From the NCBI GenBank assembly GCA_041690395.1, contig JAWLHJ010000005.1, positions 32,001 to 96,000 on the forward strand: a stretch of 64,000 nt of DNA, written 5' to 3'. This document shows, in pieces, positions 57,367-64,000 of this stretch. The position numbers and the translations under genes are program-made. This DNA is from Longimicrobiales bacterium (GTDB lineage Bacteria; Gemmatimonadota; Gemmatimonadetes; Longimicrobiales; Gaopeijiaceae). Under the pieces are notes generated by a model that was given only the letters and a program-made list of their open reading frames with translations, searched no databases and had not been told where the DNA came from. The first letter of the stretch is position 1. Every line of letters begins with the position of its first letter.

Positions 57367-58464
57367 CTACCGCGCGCAGGCTACCGCGAGGGGTAGGGTA
57401 ACCTCGAACTCCGTGCCCTCGGGTGTCGTCGATGACACTCGAATCGAGCCTCCGAAGCGCTCCACGATGTCTCTTGTAGTGGCCAGCCCGAGGCCAGTCC
57501 CGTCGCTCTTGGTCGTGAAGAACGAGTCGAAGATCCGGTTGAGCACGGCGTCCTCGATCCCGACACCGGTATCCCGGACCCGGAGTACGACGGCGGTCGG
57601 GTCACTGGTCGATCCGTCGGAGCACGGGACAGTGGCGCTGTCAGCTCCCAGGACCTCCGTTATGAACGTAATCGTTCCGCCGTCGGGCATCGCATCCCTC
57701 GCGTTCACGGCCAGGTTCAGCACGACCTGACCGATTTCGTCGGGGTCGGCCAGCACGGGTCCGCCCGTCGCACCGAGCTCGAGACGCACGTCGATGGTGT
57801 CGCCGAGGACCCTCGAGAGCACGGCCTCCATGTTCGTCACGGTATGGTTCAGGTCGACCGGCGCCACGACTCGGGAGCCTCGACGGGCGAGGGAGAGGAG
57901 ACGATGCGCGAGCCCGGCGGCTCTCCGACCCGCTTCCAGGATCACCTCCGCTTCGGCCCGCCCCGAGTGGCCTTCGGGTAGCATCTCGCTCAGCGATCCT
58001 GCGCTCCCCGAGATGACCGTGAGGAGGTTGTTGAAGTCATGCGCGACACCGGTGGCCAACTGGCCGAGAGCCCCCATGCGTTGGGCGTGCAAGAGGTCCA
58101 TCTCGCGGCGACGCGTCTCGGTGAGGTCGCGGACCAGGGCAAGGACCACCGGGTCTTCGTCGTCCGAGAGAGGCGCCAGGCTGATCGCGAGTGGGACCGC
58201 GTGTCCGCTTTGGTGGAGTCCCATGATCTGCAGGCCTCTCTCCATCGCCCGCGGATGAGGATCGCGACCGTACTCGGCCCGGTACCTTCGGTGTTGCCGG
58301 CGCTGACCGTCGGGAAGGAGGGCCTCGATGTCTCGGCCGACCAACTCCCGAGGTTGGAAGCCCAGCACGTCCTCCATGCTACGGCTTGCGAACAGAATGG
58401 AGCCGTCGGGGGCGACGAGAAGTGCGGCATCCGGCAACATTTCGAGGAGGTCATGAAGCCCCAC
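57367..58464 (-). CDS. Cytoplasmic PAS sensor histidine kinase
   Basis: PAS (LEMLPDA), GVAHDFNNLL, NARDAM, DTGVGI and GTGLGL. Confidence 0.9.
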   Translation of the reverse strand: MGLHDLLEMLPDAALLVAPDGSILFASRSMEDVLGFQPRELVGRDIEALLPDGQRRQHRRYRAEYGRDPHPRAMERGLQIMGLHQSGHAVPLAISLAPLSDDEDPVVLALVRDLTETRRREMDLLHAQRMGALGQLATGVAHDFNNLLTVISGSAGSLSEMLPEGHSGRAEAEVILEAGRRAAGLAHRLLSLARRGSRVVAPVDLNHTVTNMEAVLSRVLGDTIDVRLELGATGGPVLADPDEIGQVVLNLAVNARDAMPDGGTITFITEVLGADSATVPCSDGSTSDPTAVVLRVRDTGVGIEDAVLNRIFDSFFTTKSDGTGLGLATTRDIVERFGGSIRVSSTTPEGTEFEVTLPLAVACAR

Positions 58465-58530
58465 GATCTTTCCCCCAACCCAGCGAGTCGGCCTGCGACG
58501 ACGGGGCCAACTTTGCCGCCCACCGACACG

Positions 58531-58558
58531 TTGTCAATGATACGCTCCGATCGTATCA
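58531..58558. promoter_or_regulatory. Palindromic operator in a divergent intergenic region
   Basis: TGATACG-N7-CGTATCA (58538-58558), directly after a TTGTCA -35-like hexamer. Confidence 0.55.
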
Positions 58559-58684
58559 CATCGGCAACACTCCGGCGGTTCTCGAAGTTGCAGGACCGTA
58601 CGGTTCGGACCAAGATAGGCCTGTCGTCCGTCCGCTCGAGTTCGTCGGGCGGTCAACCCTCCTGCGACCCGAACACAAACCGCG

Positions 58685-59695
58685 ATGCCGAACCTTGGGG
58701 ACCGTCTTCGGGCGGTCCGAGAAGGTGTCCGCATGAGCCTTCGCGAATTCGCTTCGAGCCTGTCGGATAACGGCGGGCTGGGGGTGTCCCACGCGACCGT
58801 GGGAAAATACGAACAGGGAACGCGCGTGCCTGCGGACTACGCGGCCGTGGTTGCCGAGGTTTTCGATGTTCCTCTGGATTGGCTCCTGCTGGGCGAGGGG
58901 CCGACCAAGCCGGTCCGTGAGCCGGCGCTCAAGAGAGCCCTGGGCCAGATTGCCGAAGCGATCGAGGATCTTCAGGCCCTACCGTCAGCCGTCCGTTCGC
59001 AGATCGACGAGTTCTTCAACGACACGCCGGAACTGTTCGCTATTCTCTCGCCGGCGGGGCAGATCATGCGGGTCAATCCTCAGTGGCATCTCCTGCTCGG
59101 CTACCGGCAGGAAGAGCTCATCGGGAGGCCTCTGACGGATCTGGTCGACGCGAGTGACCAACCGTTCCTCGAAGAGGAGATCGCTCGCACCTTGGAGGGA
59201 GACCGAGCCCGGGTGTGCCTGATCCGAGTGCGGGCGCAGAAGGGCGGCGTCCGTTGGTTGTCGTGGATCGCGGGGTGGACGGGAAGCGTGATTGTCAGCG
59301 CGGCGCGGGACGTCACCGACGAGCATGAGGCACGAGCGAAGGAGCACCTGTTGCGGGTCGCCGTCGAGCAGTCCGCCGATTGCATGATGATCACGGATCG
59401 CCACGGGACGATCCAGTACGTGAATGGCGCGTTCGAGCGGATTACCGGCTTCGCAGTGGATGAGGCGACCGGCAAGACCCCCCGAATCCTGAAGTCGGGA
59501 CGCCACGAGCCGGGATTCTACCAACGGCTTTGGACCACGATCGAGAGCGGGAAGGTGTTCAGGGGAGTGATCGTGAACCGTCGCAAGAGCGGCGAGTTGT
59601 ACGAGGACGACCGGACCATAGCTCCGGTGAGAGGACCAAGAGGGGAGATTACCCACTTCGTGTCGACCGGGCGTGATCTGACGAGACCCCGGTAG
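58685..59695 (+). CDS. XRE-family HTH regulator fused to two PAS domains
   Basis: LGDRLRAVR...SHATVGKYEQG...PLDWLLLGEG, then PAS1 and PAS2 (YVNGAFERITGF, GKTPRILKSG). Confidence 0.85.
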   Translation: MPNLGDRLRAVREGVRMSLREFASSLSDNGGLGVSHATVGKYEQGTRVPADYAAVVAEVFDVPLDWLLLGEGPTKPVREPALKRALGQIAEAIEDLQALPSAVRSQIDEFFNDTPELFAILSPAGQIMRVNPQWHLLLGYRQEELIGRPLTDLVDASDQPFLEEEIARTLEGDRARVCLIRVRAQKGGVRWLSWIAGWTGSVIVSAARDVTDEHEARAKEHLLRVAVEQSADCMMITDRHGTIQYVNGAFERITGFAVDEATGKTPRILKSGRHEPGFYQRLWTTIESGKVFRGVIVNRRKSGELYEDDRTIAPVRGPRGEITHFVSTGRDLTRPR

Positions 59696-61748
59696 AATCG
59701 GCTGGAGCGGGGTCGAGCAAGCGGGAGTCGCGTCGGGGGACCGAGATGTTCAGGCGCCCGACGTGCCCGTGGTCGGCGTTCTCCCGCGGATACTCGCGCC
59801 AGGAGCGCGTGACCGGCGAGCAGGCGTACGGAAGGAAGACGCGGAAGCGGGTCCCCGTGCCCGGCGACGACTCGACGCCGACGAGCCCTCCGTGGGCTCG
59901 GACGATACCGATGGTCGTCGCCAAGCCCAGTCCGTGTCCGTCCTCTTTCGTCGTATAGAACGGATCGAAGATGCGGTGCAAGGTGGACCGCTCCATGCCG
60001 CATCCGTCGTCCATGACCTCGAGGCACGCGTAGCGGCCAGGGGCGGCGGCATCCCCGAGATGCAGCGCCGGCAGCTCCGTGGCGTCGACCCAGGTCTCCC
60101 GCACCGAAACCGAGATCGTGCCGTGGGCGTCACCCAGGGCATCCGACGCGTTCATGATGAGATTCATGACGACCTGGCGAATCTGGCTGGGGTCCCCGTG
60201 GATGGCATGCAGAGCCTCGGGCATGCCCAATTCGATGCGCGTCTTCGGTGACACGGCCCGCTCGAGGAGGCGGCCCATCTCCTGGACGAGCGCGGGGAGG
60301 TCGATGGGGCGTTTGACCGTGTCCGCCTTGCCCGCGAAGGTGAGAATCTGCTTGGTCAACTCCGCGGCGCGCAAAGCCGCCGTCTCGATCTGGGCCACGT
60401 ACTCACTCACGGTCTCGTCGCCGTTCAACTCCAGCTTCGCGAGCTGAGCGTTACCAAGGATCCCCGTGAGGAGATTGTTGAAATCGTGAGCCACGCCCCC
60501 GGCCAGCATCCCCAGGCTGTCCAGACGCTGGGCGTGGCTGAACTGATCCTCGAGCTTCTTCTTCTCCCGCTCGGCTTCACGGCGCCAGGTTTGATCACGA
60601 GCGACCAGCAGAAGCGCGGGGACGCCTTCGTCCTCGATGGTCGTTCCCGTAACCTCCACGATCAGCGGGCCCGTCGGAGCGACCATGCGCGTTTCGAAGG
60701 CTCCTACGCCCCGGTGGCGAATCCGCTCGAGAGACGCGCGCACGTGATCGATGTCCTCTCCGGGCACAAGGTCGAGAAACGCCCATCCCGCGACCGCCCG
60801 GTCCGTCGATGTCAGGTGTGCATCTCCCCGAAGCACCTGTCCCGCCGCTTCACTGGCTCGGGTGATGGTTCCATGCTCATCGAGCACGACCACGAGGTCC
60901 GGGATCGCGTCGAACAGGGACCGGAATCTGCGCTCCGACGCGTTCAGCTCCCGGGTCCGCTCCTCGAGCATCGACTCCACCCGGATGAGGGCGCGCTCGC
61001 GTTGCGCCCGCCTCGCCAACTCGACGACGAGGGCCGGGTCGAAGGGCTTGCGGACGTACCCGTCGGCCCCCATCCGCATCAAGGATACGGGGAGGGTGAG
61101 ATCCATGTCCCCCGTCATCACGAGGAGGACCGCCTGCGTGGATGACCCGCGAAGCCGCGAGACCAGACCCTCGCAGGTGTCGTCCGGCAGATGGTAGTCC
61201 AGGAGCACGATATCAGCGGGGCATTCGTTCCAAAGGTCCATGCCCTGGGCCGCCGTCGGAGCTGCCTGGACGGTGAAGCCGTGGTGTTCGAAGGCCGTCG
61301 TCACGGCCCGTCTGACGCCGGAATCGTCCTCCACCACCAGCACCCTCGAGCGCCTGCGAGGGACCTTTCCGTTCAGCAGGTCCACTACATGCTCGAGCAG
61401 GTCCTCCCGGTTGAACGGGAGGGGGAGGAAGGCGTTGGCTCCCAACTCCGCGGTAAGGGTGTCGGGGTCCACGTCGGTCAACGACGCCGATACGATCAGG
61501 ATCGGCGTGCTGTTGTAGGCCTGGAATGCGTCCGAGCGGAGGAGGCGGCAGAATTTCCACCCGTCGACCCCGGGCATGTGCATGTCCAGGACGAAGAGGT
61601 CGGTCGTGAAGCCCCCCTCGAGGTCGGTGAGACACGCGCACGGGTCGTCGTAGGCGGTCACGTCGTACCCGAGGCGCTCGATGAGGCCCGAGATCATGCG
61701 GAGCTGGGCCCGGTCGTCGTTGATCACGGAGATCCTTCGAGCGCTCAT
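59649..61748 (-). CDS. REC-REC-PAS histidine kinase
   Basis: REC1 (LDMHMP), REC2 (VVEDD, LLDYHLP, RKPF), PAS, GGVAHDFNN, NASDA and GHGLGL. Confidence 0.9.
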   Translation of the reverse strand: MSARRISVINDDRAQLRMISGLIERLGYDVTAYDDPCACLTDLEGGFTTDLFVLDMHMPGVDGWKFCRLLRSDAFQAYNSTPILIVSASLTDVDPDTLTAELGANAFLPLPFNREDLLEHVVDLLNGKVPRRRSRVLVVEDDSGVRRAVTTAFEHHGFTVQAAPTAAQGMDLWNECPADIVLLDYHLPDDTCEGLVSRLRGSSTQAVLLVMTGDMDLTLPVSLMRMGADGYVRKPFDPALVVELARRAQRERALIRVESMLEERTRELNASERRFRSLFDAIPDLVVVLDEHGTITRASEAAGQVLRGDAHLTSTDRAVAGWAFLDLVPGEDIDHVRASLERIRHRGVGAFETRMVAPTGPLIVEVTGTTIEDEGVPALLLVARDQTWRREAEREKKKLEDQFSHAQRLDSLGMLAGGVAHDFNNLLTGILGNAQLAKLELNGDETVSEYVAQIETAALRAAELTKQILTFAGKADTVKRPIDLPALVQEMGRLLERAVSPKTRIELGMPEALHAIHGDPSQIRQVVMNLIMNASDALGDAHGTISVSVRETWVDATELPALHLGDAAAPGRYACLEVMDDGCGMERSTLHRIFDPFYTTKEDGHGLGLATTIGIVRAHGGLVGVESSPGTGTRFRVFLPYACSPVTRSWREYPRENADHGHVGRLNISVPRRDSRLLDPAPADSTGVSSDHARSTRSG

Positions 61749-64000
61749 CGGTCGGGATCTTCCCAGTGCGTGGTACGAAGGAGCGCCCCGAGCTCCCGGG
61801 CACGGTGGACGATGGTATCCAGAAGCACATTTGCCTGCAGTCCGTCACCGGCGACCCACCGGGCCTCGGCGTCGCGTGCGGCGCGGGCGAGCCGCTTGGC
61901 CCCGATGTTGGCGGCGGAGCCTTTGAGGCGATGAGCGACCGATGCCAGGGTCTGGAAGTCGGCGTCGTCCACCCCGCGCCGGAGCTCCGCCTCCAACATC
62001 GGCCAGTCTTCCATGAAGAGGCCCGTGACGACGTCCACGATCTCGACGGACCCCCCGGTTCTCGCCATCAGGTCCATCACGTCCAGGGTCGGAAGGTCGT
62101 CGCCGGGGCTGGGCGTGGACGCCACCTCGGCCCGACGGCCGTGCTCGGCTTCGGCCGCGGGAAGCCAGCGGGCGAGCGCGGCCTTCAGGCTCTCCATGGT
62201 GATGGGCTTGGCGAGGTGGTCGTTCATGCCGCTCGCGAGGGCCCGCTCCCGGTCCGCGGGCATCGCCGAAGCCGTCAGCGCCATGATCGGGAGGCGATCC
62301 CACCCCGCTGATCTGAGAGTCTCCGTCGTCTGGTATCCGTCCATGCCGGGCATCTGGCAGTCCATCAGAATGAGGTCGAAGTCCTGCACCTTGAGGGCGG
62401 CGAGCACTCCGTGTCCGTTCTCCACAGTCTCGACCTCACACCCGAGATGCTGCAGCATCTCTCTCGCCACCAGGCGGCTGGTCGGGTCGTCCTCGGCCAC
62501 GAGGATCCTGGCGGAACCGACCGTGCCGCTCTCGACCGGAGGACGTTCCGGGTGGCTCGGGACCCCCTCGATGAGCGACAGGAGCCGCCGCTCCCGGACG
62601 GGTCGCCCGAGCCAGTGGTGGAACCCGTGCTCCTTCAAACGGACCCCATCGTCGCGAGCCCCGGGAGGAACCAGCGCGAGCAGCTCGCATTCCGGCGGCA
62701 GGCCTCCGGCTTCGAGCTGGCCGGGCAGGTCCAGCATCGCATCGGGGCGCCAACCGACGTCCGCGACGACCCATGCCAGGTGAGGCCGCGCGGGGAGACG
62801 GGCCAGCAACTCGGACCGGGTCGAGACCGCTTCGGCGTGGGCTCCCACCAGGGAGGCGACCTGGAGCACCCGGGTTCGTATGATGGTCCGGGGCGACATG
62901 ACGATCATGGTGGGGCCACGCCGGTCGTCTCCCGCGCGCGTGCCGATCCGATCGTGACCGACGGGGTGCCCCGTAGGAAGGTCGAGCCAGAACGTGGACC
63001 CGGCGCCGGGACGGCTCTCGGCCCAGAGCTCTCCGCCCATGAGCCGTGCGAGCCTCCGACTGATGGCGAGGCCGAGTCCGGTTCCACCGTATCGCCGGGT
63101 GGTAGAGGAGTCCGCCTGCGCGAACTTGTCGAAGATGTGCTCCAGCTTGTCGGGATCGATTCCGATGCCCGTGTCTTCGACTCCGATCCGGACCCGATCC
63201 GCGGTCCGCCCCGCTTCCACGCGGATCAGGACGTGACCGTGCTCGGTGAACTTCACGGCGTTGGCCACCAGGTTGGTGAGGACCTGTCGGATCCGACCGG
63301 GATCACCCACGATGTTCCGGGTGGCGAAGGGGTCGTAGAGCACAGCGGTCTCCACGCGCTTTTCGGCGGCCCGAGGAGCGAGTAGCTCCGCCACGTCTTC
63401 CACGCTATCGGCGAGGTCGAAGCGGATAGACTCCAACTCGATCATGCCGGCCTCGACCTTCGAGTAGTCGAGGATGTCGTCGATGATGGAGACGAGGCTG
63501 TCGGCCGAGCGGATGATGGCGCCGACCTGCTCGTGCTGCTCCTCGTCGAGGGGCGTGAGGGCCAGGAGTGAAGCCATGCCCGTGATCCCGTTGATGGGCG
63601 TACGGATCTCGTGGCTCATGTTCGCGAGGAACTCGCTCTTGGCCTTGCTCGCCGCGTGCGCGGCCTTTTCAGAGCGCTCCAATTGCTCCGTCCGCTCTGC
63701 CACCAGCTTCGAGAGGTTCTCGTTGTGCTGTGAGAGCTGGCGCTGGAGTATCCCGGATTCCAGGGCGTTGGAACAGCTCGTCAGGACGAGAGAGAGGGCC
63801 TTGTCCGCCGCATCGGGGAGGAACGTCTTGCCTTCACCCAGCCGGCCGATGAACATCCCCAGGACCCGGGAGGGTGTCGCGAGCACGTGCAGCACGATGT
63901 AACGGTCGCGCCGGGAGCTCCGCACGACGATCGAGCGGTTCTCGTACAGAGACCACGCGAATGTCCCATGCTCGATGTGGTGGTCGACCTCGGTGCGGAT
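61745..64000 (-). CDS. Hybrid histidine kinase with REC and Hpt domains, 5'-partial
   Basis: Frame open to the window edge. FLANMSHEIRTP, GGTGLGL, a degenerate REC, an intact REC (LMDCQMP) and Hpt AHRLKGS. Confidence 0.92.
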   Translation of the reverse strand: MRTEVDHHIEHGTFAWSLYENRSIVVRSSRRDRYIVLHVLATPSRVLGMFIGRLGEGKTFLPDAADKALSLVLTSCSNALESGILQRQLSQHNENLSKLVAERTEQLERSEKAAHAASKAKSEFLANMSHEIRTPINGITGMASLLALTPLDEEQHEQVGAIIRSADSLVSIIDDILDYSKVEAGMIELESIRFDLADSVEDVAELLAPRAAEKRVETAVLYDPFATRNIVGDPGRIRQVLTNLVANAVKFTEHGHVLIRVEAGRTADRVRIGVEDTGIGIDPDKLEHIFDKFAQADSSTTRRYGGTGLGLAISRRLARLMGGELWAESRPGAGSTFWLDLPTGHPVGHDRIGTRAGDDRRGPTMIVMSPRTIIRTRVLQVASLVGAHAEAVSTRSELLARLPARPHLAWVVADVGWRPDAMLDLPGQLEAGGLPPECELLALVPPGARDDGVRLKEHGFHHWLGRPVRERRLLSLIEGVPSHPERPPVESGTVGSARILVAEDDPTSRLVAREMLQHLGCEVETVENGHGVLAALKVQDFDLILMDCQMPGMDGYQTTETLRSAGWDRLPIMALTASAMPADRERALASGMNDHLAKPITMESLKAALARWLPAAEAEHGRRAEVASTPSPGDDLPTLDVMDLMARTGGSVEIVDVVTGLFMEDWPMLEAELRRGVDDADFQTLASVAHRLKGSAANIGAKRLARAARDAEARWVAGDGLQANVLLDTIVHRARELGALLRTTHWEDPDR

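Overview
High-GC (about 70% by eye), gene-dense chromosomal window. The protein repertoire suggests Gemmatimonadota (inference only). About 52 CDSs. I found no rRNA, tRNA, CRISPR array, integrase, transposase or phage genes. From left to right: (1) partial TonB_C protein, cystathionine beta-synthase, ddl and a rhomboid protease; (2) a Cys-containing ArsR regulator with TolC-MFP-RND, a PII-like protein and DUF2892; (3) a ClpP with a Ser-His-Asn triad, a serpin lipoprotein, a cupredoxin lipoprotein, Lrp and a small thioredoxin-like protein; (4) an EF-G paralogue, sdhCAB and ppsA; (5) a long minus-strand signalling run (REC-HD-GYP, lipoprotein, three kinases, receiver, GNAT, ATL); (6) a serine hydrolase, then ECF sigma-FecR-TonB-dependent transducer-triple fasciclin; (7) a heteromeric RND pump; (8) an NtrC-type two-component system with a divergent sigma54-driven DUF4168 gene; (9) a Fur-boxed FecA-like receptor; (10) a slightly lower-GC block of PAS kinases, an XRE-PAS-PAS regulator and an Hpt hybrid kinase. 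No clearly unprecedented system can be proven from the sequence alone. The best candidates are a cell-surface signalling module whose sigma gene and fasciclin gene share a GTAGTCA-N13-CCGnGTA motif, a thiol-sensor ArsR efflux operon with two AT-rich operators, tandem hairpins that cover the cupredoxin ribosome-binding site, and a QseEG-like kinase/lipoprotein pair coupled to an HD-GYP output.
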